From contig NIVC01000029.1 of the NCBI GenBank assembly GCA_002269645.1, positions 744,001-808,000 on the forward strand: a stretch of DNA of 64,000 nucleotides. The letters are read 5' to 3'. Origin of the DNA: Macrostomum lignano. Its lineage: Eukaryota. Below, in pieces: positions 24,101 through 35,910 of this stretch (positions are counted from its first letter, which is position 1; each line of letters opens with the position of its first letter). The translations under genes were made by a program, and so were the position numbers. The notes under the pieces are model-generated. The model saw only the letters and a list, made by a program, of their open reading frames with translations. It was not told the origin of the DNA and searched no databases.

Positions 24101-26053
24101 TAGCATTCGTTTTATACTAATTGTGCTAATTCTCTTCTTAACCTTTCTGTTTTATCTACTTATCCACGATTTAACAATCTCTGCAACTAATACTTTTTCT
24201 ACAACTGCCTTTCTGCCTACTCTCGCTCTCCCCCCACTCTCCCTCTCCCACTCTCCCTCTCCTTCCAATTCTCCCGCCCCCACTCTCCCTCTCCCACTCT
24301 CCCTCTCCTTCCAATTCTCCCGCCCCCACTCTCCCTCTCCCACTCTCCTTTTCCTTCCAATTCTCCCGCCCCCACTCTCCCTCTCCCACTCTCCTTCTCC
24401 TTCCAATTCTCCCGCCCCCACTCTCCCTATCCATTACTCTCCCTCTCCTTCCCACTCTCCCTCTCCTCCGCACTCTCCCTCCCCCACTCTCCCTATCCAT
24501 TACTCTCCCTCTCCTTCCCACTCTCCCTCTCCTCCTCACTCTCCCTCCCCCCACTCTCTCTGTCCCTTCACTCTCCCTCTCCCCCACTCCCCCTCTCCTT
24601 CCCACTCTCCCTCTCCATTACTCTCCCTCTTCCACTCTCCCTCTCCTTTCCACTCTCCCTCTCCCCCACTCTCCCTCTCTCCTCACCCTCCCTCCCCCCA
24701 CTCTCTCTGTCCCTTCACCCTCCCTCCCCCACTCTCTCTGTCCCTTCACCCTCCCTCCCCCCCACTCTCTCTGTCCCTTCACTCTCCCTCCCCCACTCTC
24801 TCTGTCCCTTCACCCTCCCTCCCCCCACTCTCTCTGTCCCTTCACCCTCCCTCCCCCCACTCTCTCTGTCCCTTCACCCTCCCTCCCCCCACTCTCTCTG
24901 TCCCTTCACTCTCCCTCCCCCCACTCTCTCTGTCCCTTCACCCTCCCTCCCCCCACTCTCTCTGTCCCTTCACCCTCCCTCCCCCCACTTTCTCTGTCCC
25001 TTCACCCTCCCTCCCCCCACTCTCTCTGTCCCTTCACCCTCCCTCCCCCCACTCTCTCTGTCCCTTCACTCTCCCTCCCCCCACTCTCTCTGTCCCTTCA
25101 CCCTCCCTCCCCCACTCTCTCTGTCCCTTCACCCTCCCTCCCCCCACTCTCTCTGTCCCTTCACCCTCCCTCCCCCCACTCTCTCTGTCCCTTCACCCTC
25201 CCTCCCCTGCTATCCCTTTTCCCCCACTCTCTCTCTCCCACTGTCCCTCCCCCGCACTCTCCCTCTCCCCCACTCTCCCTGTCCCGTTATCCCTCTTCCC
25301 ACTCTCTGACCTCTATCCTATTGCCATCGATATCTTTACTTTTTATTCCCGTTGTCTTCCGCTGGCTCTTGTGTTTCATTAGTGCGCGCGCTTTGAAAGT
25401 GCATTGGCATCAACATACTGCCTCCATTTAGTGTGTGCTTTCCCCCCTCATTTAATGTTTGTCCAGGCAATTCTTCAGCGCTAGAATACGCCGGTCCCCT
25501 TAATTGGACATTCGATACTCACCAGTCAACTGCCGATCAATCAGCCAGCCTTTGGCACTTTGAAGAGCTCTCCCTATCTGTGCCCGCGTTTCTCCGATCG
25601 CACAACAATCGCCTGTTGAATCGACAAAAATTTGTACGCTTCATTTTCATTGACGAGTGTCGCCTTGGAGACAATGATTTAATTATTGTTATTGAAACTT
25701 TGTCGTCGAATACTACTACAGCTGCTGCATATACTACTAGTGCTAGCGATAGCGACAGTAGTACATCTAGTACTTGCTCGCCAACAGCGTCAAAGCGGCG
25801 TAAGGTTTTTCATTGTCGTCAAAATCAAACTACTACTACTACTAAAAGTAGTAGACGTTGGTTAGAATTGTCGCTAAATTTAACCAACGGAATACTGCGC
25901 TACAATCGTTGCATTACTAGCCTTAATCAGGTGTTGCCAAGCTTGAATGCCCGACAGTCTAATTGGTCTATTGATAATTTTGCTATGTCAACTCATGCCA
26001 GATCGGCTACGCGTTTGGTTAGCGAAGGCGGCGAGATTGTATTGGAGCTGTGA
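18107..26053 (+). CDS. DCAF15: Divergent DDB1- and CUL4-associated factor 15-like protein, 5 exons, ~731 aa
   Basis: Exons 18107-18456, 19333-19585, 20579-21084, 23560-24059, 25467-26053 join in frame (2196 nt). NVFLGFLADGQLLCSY...YQLLLWQVDV resembles DCAF15 HIFLGFSKCGRYVLSY...YHLYWWEFNV; CANC...CSRH resembles CAAC...CLRH; FEELSLSV resembles VEQLTLDF; LSLNLTNG resembles AWDLNTG. Similarity is low and judged from memory. Confidence 0.6.
18500..19230. repeat. 45-bp minisatellite containing GGGAATTCCC
   Basis: 17 units in DCAF15-like intron 1. Confidence 0.9.
19690..20450. repeat. Purine-rich ~81-87-bp tandem repeat containing AGCCAATCAG
   Basis: About 10 units in DCAF15-like intron 2. Confidence 0.9.
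21145..21690. repeat. 24-bp minisatellite (cccagctatagaatccgtcactct)
   Basis: Tandem array in the 5' part of DCAF15-like intron 3. Confidence 0.9.
22045..23448. repeat. 33/27-bp minisatellite (tcaatctgtactcattgagatctgcatgtacag)
   Basis: Tandem array in the 3' part of DCAF15-like intron 3. Confidence 0.93.
24205..25290. repeat. C/T-rich minisatellite (~33-bp core unit)
   Basis: Polypyrimidine array in DCAF15-like intron 4. Confidence 0.88.
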
Positions 26054-26244
26054 CACAGTCCAGTGCTAGTAATTTGACTAATTGTTATTTTCTTAATGCT
26101 GCTAGTTATGCTAGTGTCTGTTGTTTTGCAATGCACTGTAGGCTATATGTGTACGCGATTGCTATTTGAGCTTTCAGTGCGACTGTTCTACTGTATTGTT
26201 TGTTTCAATCTGTACTGTTTGTTTCTTTAGAGTTTCTCTGATTT

Positions 26245-27110
26245 CTCTCATCTCCTTTCTCCCCCTCTCCCATCTCATCTCCTGTCTCCCCTTCTCCCAT
26301 CTCATCTCCTGTCTCCCCCTCTCCCATCTTATCTCCTGTCTCCTTCCTCTCCCATCTCATCTCCTGTCTCCCCCTCTCCCATCTCATCTCCTGTCTCCCC
26401 CTCTCCGGCCCATCTCATCTCCTGTCTCCCCCTCTCCCATCTCATCTCCTTTCTCCCCCTCTCCCATCTCATCTCCTGTCTCCCCCTCTCCCATCTCATC
26501 TCTTGTCTCCCCCTCTCCCATCTCATCTCTTGTCTCCCCCTCTCCCATCTCATCTCCTGTCTCCCCCTCTCCCATCTCATCTCTTGTCTCCCCCTCTCCC
26601 ATCTCATCTCTTGTCTCCCCCTCTCCCATCTCATCTCTTGTCTCCCCCTCTCCCATCTCATCTCCTGTCTCCCCCTCTCCCATCTCATCTCCTTTCTCCC
26701 CCTCTCCCATCTCATCTCCTGTCTCCCCCTCTCCCATCTCATCTCTTGTCTCCCCCTCTCCCATCTCATCTCTTGTCTCCCCCTCTCCCATCTCATCTCC
26801 TGTCTCCCCCTCTCCCATCTCATCTCTTGTCTCCCCCTCTCCCATCTCATCTCTTGTCTCCCCCTCTCCCATCTCATCTCTTGTCTCCCCCTCTCCCATC
26901 TCATCTCCTGTCTCCCCCTCTCCCATCTCATCTCTTGTCTCCCCCTCTCCCGTCTCATCTCCTGTCTCCCCCTCTCCCATCTCATCTCCTGTCTCCCCCT
27001 CTCCCATCTCATCTCCTGTCTCCCCCTCTCCTATCTCATCTCTTGTCTCCCCCTCTCCCATCTCATCTCTTGTCTCCCCCTCTCCCATCTCATCTCTTTT
27101 CTCATCTCTT
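26245..27110. repeat. 27-bp pyrimidine-rich minisatellite (tctccccctctcccatctcatctcctg)
   Basis: Tandem array ~190 bp after the DCAF15-like stop codon. Confidence 0.92.
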
Positions 27111-27169
27111 CCCCTCATCTCGTATCTCAATCTCTCCTTTCAAGTCATCTCATCTCCTCTCCTATCCTA

Positions 27170-27435
27170 AGGGGTTGTATCGGGGGTTTGATTCCCGACC
27201 CCACTCGGAAAAATTTGTGTCCTTGAGCAAGACACTTAGCTCTGCATTGCTTCAGTTCACCCAGCTGTAAAATGGGTGCCAGCATTAGCTGGGGTAATTG
27301 AGGGTGTGTGGCGACCCCCAGTCCTTGGACTGAACAGCCGTACGCAGCCTTCAGATGCGCCGCGCAATAGCTGCGGCTGAGCTGGCGGTTGCACATCTGC
27401 CCATTATGGCAGGTGTAATCAATTATTATTATTAT
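27170..27435 (+). mobile_element. tRNA-derived SINE, family A, copy 2 (5' truncated)
   Basis: Colinear with 14190-14435; gtgtccttgagcaagacacttagctctgcattgcttcagttcacccagctgtaaaatggg; (ATT)n tail. Confidence 0.75.
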
Positions 27436-28259
27436 CTCCTCCTATCTCAATATCTCCCCTCCCCTCTCCTGTTATCTCCTATCTCCCCCAGTTCCATGTC
27501 TCATCTCTTTCTTTCTTACCTTTCCCAATTCTTTATTTAACATTCAGTCAAATTTAAGAGAGCATTTATTATCACTTAATTTCTCTACCTGTGTACATGA
27601 GTTGTCATTTTTCATGCTGTTTGTTTAGTGCTTTCTATGATTTTTATTTTGTTTTGTTTCCAATTATTGCAGCTAAACTTCTATTACTCAAAATCTATTT
27701 GCATGATTATTGTATAACTATTTTTGTTATGTTATAATCTGGGGTCATTGTTCTTAAGAGTATTAAATATTGGTTAAATTCAACTGGCCATTAATAATAA
27801 TAAGTCTGTAAAAATTCTGTCAATCAACACCACTAATTAGCTTTCGTTACCAAAAAAAATTCTTGTTACCATTCCGCTCAGGTGAAGCATCGCCCCAATT
27901 ATCTATCGCAAAAGAATATGTCGATTTGTACTTTTATCTATTTTTCTTTACGTAGCTGGTTTAACAATTTTTTTCATGTTTTTCTCTCTTACTCTTTCTT
28001 AGCTGGCTTCCAGCGTTCTAGAAAGATTAATATAATGAACTGATTTACTGTCTAGCAGTTTTCCTGTCAATAACTTCTCGTATCTGCGTCTTGCGCGTGC
28101 CGGCTATGCTGTTTTTGAAAGGCCACACTACATGTGTGTATTGTGAACTTGGTTTTAAACCGTGCTTCTACACCTTTTCGGCAGTTCCAGTTTCTGGTCT
28201 TTGATATTGTATCCATTTTAAGGAGAATCGCATCTCCAACTAATTTGGAAAACCGCTCT

Positions 28260-29740
28260 CCAACTCGTAATTAGAATAATCGCCATTCAACTCATTAAAA
28301 TAATCGCCTTAACTAATTAGAATAATCGCCATTCAACTCATTAAAATAATCGCCTTAACTAATTAGAATAATCGCCATTCAACTCATTAAAATAATCGCC
28401 TTAACTAATTAGAATAATCGCCATTCAACTCATTAAAATAATCGCCTTAACTAATTAGAATAATCGCCCTCCAACTCATTAGAAGAATCGCCCTCCAACT
28501 CATCAGAAGAATCGCCCTTCAACTAATTAGGAGAATCCCTTTTTAACTATTTTTGAAGAATTGCCCATTAACTATTAGATTAATCGCCCTCCAGGTCACT
28601 AGAAAAATCGCCCTTTAACTCTTAGAAAAATCGCCCTCCAACTCATTAGAAGAATCGCCCTCCAACTAATTAGAAGAATCGCCCTCCAACTCATTAGAAG
28701 AATCGCCCTCCAACTCATTAGAAGAATCGCCCTCCAACTCATTAGAAGAATCGCCCTCCAACTAATTAGAAGAATCGCCCTCCAACTAATTAGAAGAATC
28801 GCCCTCCAACTCATTAGAAGAATCGCCCTCCAACTCATCAGAAGAATCGCCCTCCAACTCATCAGAAGAATCGCCCTTCAACTAATTAGGAGAATCCCTT
28901 TTTAACTATTTTTGAAGAATTGCCCTTTAACTATTAGATTAATCGCCCTCCAGGTCACTAGAAAAATCGCCCTTTAACTCTTAGAAAAATCGCCCTCCAG
29001 CTAATTAGAAGAATCGCCCCTCCAACTCATTAGGAGAATCGCCCCTCCAACTCATTAGAAGAATCGCCCCTCCAACTCATTAGAAGAATCGCCCCTCCAA
29101 CTCATTAGGAGAATCGCCCCTCCAACTCATTAGGAGAATCGCCCCTCCAACTCATTAGGAGAATCGCCCCTCCAACTCATTAGGAGAATCGCCCCTCCAA
29201 CTCATTAGGAGAATCGCCCCTCCAACTCATTAGGAGAATCGCCCCTCCAACTCATTAGGAGAATCGCCCCTCCAACTCATTAGGAGAATCGCCCCTCCAA
29301 CTCATTAGGAGAATAGCCTCCAACTAATTAAAAGAATCGCCTCCAACTAATTAGAAGAATCGCCCTCCAACTCATTAGAAGAATCTCCTCCAACTCATTA
29401 GAAGAATCGCCCCTCCAAAATTATTAGAAGAATCGCCCTCCAACTCATTAGAAGAATCGCCCTCCAACTCATTAGAAGAATCGCCCTCCAACTAATTAGA
29501 AGAATCGCCCTCCAACTAATTAGAAGAATCGCCCTCCAACTAATTAGAAAAATCGCCCTCCAACTAATTAGAAGAATCGCCCCTCCAACTCATTAGAAGA
29601 ATCGCCCCTCCAACTCATTAGGAGAATCGCCCCTCCAACTCATTAGGAGAATCGCCCCTCCAACTCATTAGGAGAATCGCCCCTCCAACTCATTAGGAGA
29701 ATCGCCCCTCCAACTCATTAGGAGAATCCCTTTTTAACTA
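28260..29740. repeat. 24/25-bp minisatellite (gaagaatcgccctccaactcatta), AATCGCC family
   Basis: Tandem array ending ~140 bp before the syntrophin ATG. Confidence 0.92.
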
Positions 29741-29880
29741 TGTGTGTAACAGTTAACACATGAAATTACATCCGTTCCAGCATCCGATTGCCTCATCAAG
29801 AAGCCAAACCAATAATGGCATTAATTTAAAGAAATTCCAAATCACCAAATGAGCCATCATCCGTTTAAGTCTGTCGCAAA

Positions 29881-32800
29881 ATGTCTGCGTCCCTGACAGG
29901 GCCTTGCATTTTAGTGTCTGGCGAGCCTCTAGTTGTTGATCCAAAACATTCATCAGCAGCTCCTTATGCTGCAATTGGAGGTCTTGAACTGCCAGTTCGT
30001 CTAGTGCTAACTGCAACTAGTCTCACAGTTCAGGAGTCCGTTGCTATTTGGGATCCGACAGTTGCCGCTAGTCTAGCCGATCAGTTCGATCGTTCGGGCC
30101 TGCCGCTAGTTCGCGAACTGTCTCTGTGCAGGGATCATCGCGGCAGCTTCGGGTTTAGCGTGAGAGGCGGATCAGAGTGCGGACTGCCCGTGCTGGTCTC
30201 CAAGGTGCAGCTGAGATCGTCGTCTGAGTCGGCGTCTGGCTCCAGAAGCGGCGCCGGTGCCGGAGGCGGCAAAAGTCGACTACCGGCTCTGTTCGTTGGA
30301 GACGCCCTGCTGCGTATTGATCAGACTTGCGTTGATAGGGCTACTCACGAGGAAGCGGTTGCCAGGCTGAGAAATGCCGGCCAACAGGTGACTCTGTTGG
30401 TTAGGCATTATCGCCAGGTAAGAGGGGCTTACGGGAGTTGTTGGACCAGCCTCCCAGATCCTCAGTTGCTGGGCCAGCCTCCCAGAGTGTCTGTTGCTGG
30501 GCCAGCCTCCCAGATCCTCAGTCGCTGGGCCAGCCTCTCAGATCCTCAGTTGCTGGGCCAGCCTCCCAGATCCTCAGTTGCTGGGCCAGCCTCTCAGATC
30601 CTCAGTTGCTGAGCCAGCCTCCCAGATCCTCAGTCGCTGGGCCAGCCTCCCAGATCCTCAGTTGCTGGGCCAGCCTCCCAGAGTGTCAGTTGCTGGGCCA
30701 GCCTCTCAGATCCTCAGTCGCTGGGCCAGCCTCTCAGATCCTCAGTTGCTGGGCCAGCCTCCCAGATCCTCAGTTGCTGGGCCAGCCTCTCAGATCCTCA
30801 GTTGCTGGGCCAGCCTCCCAGAGTGTCAGTTGCTAGGCCAGCCTCCCAGTGTGTCAGTTGCTGGGCCAGCCTCTCAGATCCTCAGTTGCTGGGCCAGCCT
30901 CCCAGAGTGTCAGTTGCTGGGCCAGCCTCCCAGAGTGTCTGTTGCTAGGCCAGCCTCCCAGAGTGTCAGTTGCTGGGCCAGCCTCTCAGATCCTCAGTCG
31001 CTGGGCCAGCCTCTCAGATCCTCAATTGCTGGGCCAGCCTCCCAGATCCTCAGTCGCTGGGCCAGCCTCTCAGATCCTCAGTTGCTGGGCCAGCCTCCCA
31101 GAGTGTCTGTTGCTGGGCCAGCCTCCCAGAGTGTCTGTTGCTGGGCCAGCCTCTCAGATCCTCAGTCGCTGGGCCAGCCTCTCAGATCCTCAATTGCTGG
31201 GCCAGCCTCCCAGATCCTCAGTCGCTGGGCCAGCCTCTCAGATCCTCAGTTGCTGGGCCAGCCTCCCAGAGTGTCAGTTGCTGGGCCAGCCTCCCAGAGT
31301 GTCTGTTGCTGGGCCAGCCTCCCAGAGTGTCTTTTGCTGGGCCAGCCTCTCAGATCCTCAGTCGCTGGGCCAGCCTCTCAGATCCTCAATTGCTGGGCCA
31401 GCCTCCCAGATCCTCAGTCGCTGGGCCAGCCTCTCAGATCCTCAGTTGCTAGGCCAGCCTCCCAGATCCTCAGTTGCTGGGCCAGCCCAGATCCTCAGTT
31501 GCTGGGCCAGCCTCCCAGATCCTCAGTCGCTGGGCCAGCCTCTCAGATCCTCAGTCGCTGGGCCAGCCTCCCAGTGTGTCAGTTGCTGGGCCAGCCTCCC
31601 AGAGTGTCAGTTGCTGGGCCAGCCTCCCAGAGTGTCAGTTGCTGGGCCAGCCTCCCAGAGTGTCAGTTGCTGGGCCAGCCTCCCAGAGTGTCAGTTGCTG
31701 GGCCAGCCTCCCAGAGTGTCAGTTGCTAGGCCAGCCTCCCAGAGTGTCAGTTGCTGAGCCAGTTAGAAATAATTGTTCACCCCATCAACCCAGGCCGCCA
31801 GAATTCTGCTAAGCTACCATCGTCGACCCTCGACAGCAACAACAGCAACTGGTGACCAGGTGCCTTTGACATCTCAGCTGTTGAATTCTCAGCAGAAGCA
31901 GAAATCGCAAAGCAGTTGGGCAAATCTCATGACAGTCCCCCTGCTCTACGCTAGACTCCGTTGCTATGCTGTTGGCACGGATCGGCCTCGTCCAGCCGAC
32001 TGTCTTGAAGTGGTGGCTTTAAGCGGCCATTCGACCGGTTGTCTGCGATTTCTAACCAAGCACCAACATACTACTTGTGGCACTAATATCAGTAGCAGTA
32101 GTATCAATAGCGGCTTTCAACTAGCCGCAGTATGGCGATCAGCTATTATTAACAATATTCGTCGATTATCGGAAATTAAATCAATCGAATTTAACGCCTA
32201 TAGTAGTAACGAAGGCGCTAGTCTAGCAGTCCACTACGCTAATTGGTTTAGTTTAACTCTGCACGAGAATCCGCTGAGAAGCCGACTATGGCAGGACGTG
32301 TTTCTGGCTATGAGAGGAGAAGATTTGCTACTATTCGAGCTGCCGCCCGTCCTAGCAACCGACTGGCGCAGCTATTCGTTGAAAGAGAAATTGTATAAAT
32401 GCGTGATTAGAGTGCTGCCGCAACAGGAGCTGCTTGATAAAAGAAGCAATGCATTTTTTCTGCACGTTGGCGGAGGCGGCGAAGCGTTTTATATGAGCGC
32501 GTCGAGTTCGGATGAAGTGCAGCAGCTGGAACGATGCTGGTTCAATGCTACTTCGGCCGCTCTGAATGCCCGAGCCAGACGAGGGGCGCCAGTTATGTTT
32601 AAGGTGGTTTATTTGATGTTAAATTGCCTCCCCGTGAAAATCGCCTCCCCCATAAAAATCGCCCCCCCCCCTCATAATATTCGCCTCCCATAAAAATCGC
32701 CTCCGCCATAAAAATCGCCCCCCAGAAAAATCGCCTCCATGAAAATCGCCTTCGCCATAAAAAATCGCCCCCTTTCATTAAAATCGCCCTTACATAAAAA

Positions 32801-33635
32801 TCGCCCCTTAAAAATCGCCCCCCTCATAAAATTCGCCTCCCATAAAAATCGCCCCATAAAAATCACCTCCCATAAAATTGCCTCCTGTATTAGAATCGCC
32901 TCCCCTAAAAATCGCTTTGCCCATAAAAATCTCACCCATAAAAAACGCCCTCCATAATAATCGCCCCCCCCCCATAAAAATTGCCTTCCTCATAAAAATC
33001 GCTTCCCCCATAAAAATCTCACCCATAAAAGTTGCTTCCCCCATAAAAATCGCCCTCCATAATAATCGCCCCCCATTAAAAAAAGCCTCCCCCAAATCGA
33101 CCCGCATAAAAATCGCCTTCCCTATAAAAATCGCTCCCCGTAAAAATCTCCCGAATATAAATCTCGCACTCCAAAAAATCGCCCCCATAAAAGTCGCCCC
33201 CATGGAATCGCCCCACACAAAACCGCCTCACTTGATAATAAATCACCCGTTTTTGCACCGCCCCTTCCTCTCACTCGTCAGGTCACCTGTCAAGGAGTGT
33301 ACGGCACTTTGACCTTTGACCTTAATCGCGGCGTAGAGTTTAAAAGCGATCCGCGTTCTCGCAGAACTGCCGCGAATTCGGCTCAATCCACTGCTCAACA
33401 ACAGACCAATTGGGTTCACAGCTTCTCCAGTTTGCGTCGCACCTCGGACGATCGAGATCAGACTCTCTATTTGCACTTTAGTGCCAGCTCAGCGGAGGCT
33501 CCGGCTGTGGTTCGAGTGATACAGGCACCGGATCTGCAGCTCATGCTCATTGTGCTGCACGCTTTCCTGTCTAGCAAGCTGGCAGCTGTGGACCCCCTGT
33601 TTCACAGGCACCTCGCTGGTGCACACAATCCATGA
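29881..33635 (+). CDS. SNTG1: Gamma-syntrophin (split PH1, PDZ, PH2, SU), 3 exons, ~566 aa
   Basis: Exons 29881-30417, 31794-32603, 33282-33635 (all phase 0). PDZ: GSFGFSVRGGSECGLPVLVSKV...LFVGDALLRI...THEEAVARLRNAGQQVTL. Also VPLLYARL...GTDRPR, LLDKRSNAF, and C-terminal LHAFLSSKLAAVDPLF, typical of gamma-syntrophins. Paralog (G1 vs G2) cannot be assigned. Confidence 0.85.
30436..31760. repeat. 28-bp minisatellite (ctgggccagcctcccagatcctcagttg)
   Basis: Fills syntrophin intron 1; same family as 7785-9172. Confidence 0.92.
32630..33230. repeat. Degenerate aaaatcgcccccat repeat, AATCGCC family
   Basis: Fills syntrophin intron 2. Confidence 0.8.
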
Positions 33636-33671
33636 GATCTACCGATTGTGCTTTGAGACTTTGATTTGGGA

Positions 33672-34000
33672 GTCACTCTGTGTCACTCTCATCTGTTTAC
33701 TCTGTGTCACTCTCATCTGTTTACTCTGTGTCACTCTCATCTGTTCACTCTGTGTCACTCTCATCTGTTCACTCTGTGTCACTCTCATCTGTTCACTCTG
33801 TGTCACTCTCATCTGTTCACTCTGTGTCACCCTCATCTGTTCACTCTGTGTCACTCTCATCTGTTCACTCTGTGTCACTCTCATCTGTTCACTCTGTGTC
33901 ACTCTTATCTGTTCACTCTGTGTCACTCTTATCTGTTCACTCTGTGTCACCCTCATCTGTTCACTCTGTGTCACTCTCATCTGCTCACTCTGTGTCACTC
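33672..34000. repeat. 24-bp minisatellite (cactctgtgtcactctcatctgtt)
   Basis: About 13 units starting ~35 bp after the syntrophin stop codon. Confidence 0.92.
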
Positions 34001-34381
34001 TCTGTTCAATATGCCTTTCTCATGTTACATTTTATAAATAAATTTCCTATTAATGGCAAAGGTTTATTTCGTGACCTTTAATTATTACTAAATAATTGAA
34101 ACGGAAGAATGACAATGAAATTCTACATAGATTTTAATGTAAATCTGTTCCTTTGTTCCCTAATAATCTTTACTTGCCTACTTAGGAAAATTTTTTTCTT
34201 TGATTGAATTTTTCTTACGGGGTGACTATATTTCATTGGGAAAATATATAGTTAATACTTGATAATATGCGTTTTAATGCGTATGTTAAGAATTTTATTT
34301 TATTTTAAATAACTTGTTTCCGCATTGTAAATTCTGAATGAAAAAAATTATGAGAACTCTATAGCTGTGCTGTGAGATTAT

Positions 34382-34704
34382 CCCTGGCGCACTGCACTTC
34401 AAGCGACATTGTCACACAACCGGCAAGAGGCATTACTGCCCATTCCACCGACTCCCCTGAGCAGGCACACGAGCACAAGCACTCACACAGGAGTGTACAG
34501 CGGCCCTAACTTGATTTATCGTTAGGCATGTACACTTTACTGCGCCTTGGGGGTTGGCCCTCAAGCTGGGCGTTAATTGCACGAGCAGAGCCAAGCCGAG
34601 ATTCCAATTTGTAGACCTCAAAATTTATGTGACTGCACTTGGAATCGAGCCTGGGCCGCTGGCACGTCAGAGCGCTGCGCTAGACAACTAGGTCACACCC
34701 CCCC
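34382..34704 (-). mobile_element. tRNA-derived SINE, family B, copy 2
   Basis: Colinear with 2437-2760; minus-strand head GGGTGTGACCTAGTTGTCTAGCG...GGCTCGATTCC. Confidence 0.7.
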
Positions 34705-35494
34705 TCTTCCCAAAGAGAACTATTGTCTATGGCCTGTCTTCATTTCTGTGTGCAAAGCTTATACTATTACTGTGGTAGGTTTGATTAAAAACCCTCTTTA
34801 CTTCAAATTTTGAAATGACTGGCCATAGACTATCATCGCTGCGCCATAGACAATGGCGGAGTCAGCATAGAATTTCGCCACATATCGTTTTTAGGCTCGT
34901 AGCAATGGTAAAAGAATTCAACACTGTGTTTACTATTGTATGCAAATATTAGGCTGGAATATTTCAGTTTTTTATCCCCGATCAGCTGTTTCTAGTTTGC
35001 TTATTTCCCGTGGGGCACTTGGAGCTTCTGTAGCAAAAGGCAAAAACTTTCTTTATCAGCTCAATTTTCCAAATTTCGCTTAGGCTAGTTGTTGTGCAGA
35101 TATTTTTCCAGCGTGCCAATATCTTGTAAGTGTCGAATGTCTTCGCAAAATGATATGCGTTTTTTCCTCGCCTGCAATTTGCATTCCTAAATTTGTGCTG
35201 TTTTCTTCCTCTTGCCAAATTGGTATATTTTGCTTTTTACTAGCGTAGTTTTTTATTCTACAAACTTATTATATACTACTGTTTTGGCTTTTTCAGTAGA
35301 GTGGTTTGTTTATTTTTCATTTTTGTCAATAAATGCCTTAATTGTATTTTTATTGTTAAATTTTTACAATATACGTTGAGTTTTTGGTAAGGTTTAAATC
35401 TAAAGGAAATTTTCGAAACTTGATAAATTTTAAAATACAGACTTTGTTAACTTTCATTCTTTTGGCTATTAAAATTAATACAGATTTGTTTTAA

Positions 35495-35820
35495 CCACCC
35501 CACTGCTGCCGGGCAACCCTCACTCTTAGAAACCCACCCCATTCCTGCCCGCACCCCTCACTCCTAGACACCCACCCCATTCCTGCCCGCACCTCACTCC
35601 TAGACACCCACCCCATTCCTGCCCGCACCCCTCACTCCTAGACACCCACCCCATTTCTGCCCGCACCCCTCACTTATTGACACCCACCCCATTCCTGCCC
35701 GCACCCCTCACTCCTAGACACCCACCCCATTTCTGCCCGCACCCCTCACTTATTGACACCCACCGCACTCCTGCCCGCACCCCTGACTCCTAGACACCCA
35801 CCCCACTCCTACCACACCCT
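35495..35820. repeat. 38-bp C-rich minisatellite (cacccaccccattcctgcccgcacccctcactcctaga)
   Basis: About 8 units upstream of the MARS2 ATG. Confidence 0.88.
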
Positions 35821-35910
35821 ATTCTCTTTCATCGAGAAAAAAGACAGGCTTTATCCGTTTATTACTGCATGAGTATTTTCATGCAACTGTATTAATTGTG
35901 GTCCTCTACA

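Noticed and set aside
24060-27270. Pro/Ser-rich ORFs of 227-440 aa
   Set aside because: Polypyrimidine repeats; the real exon is 25467-26053.
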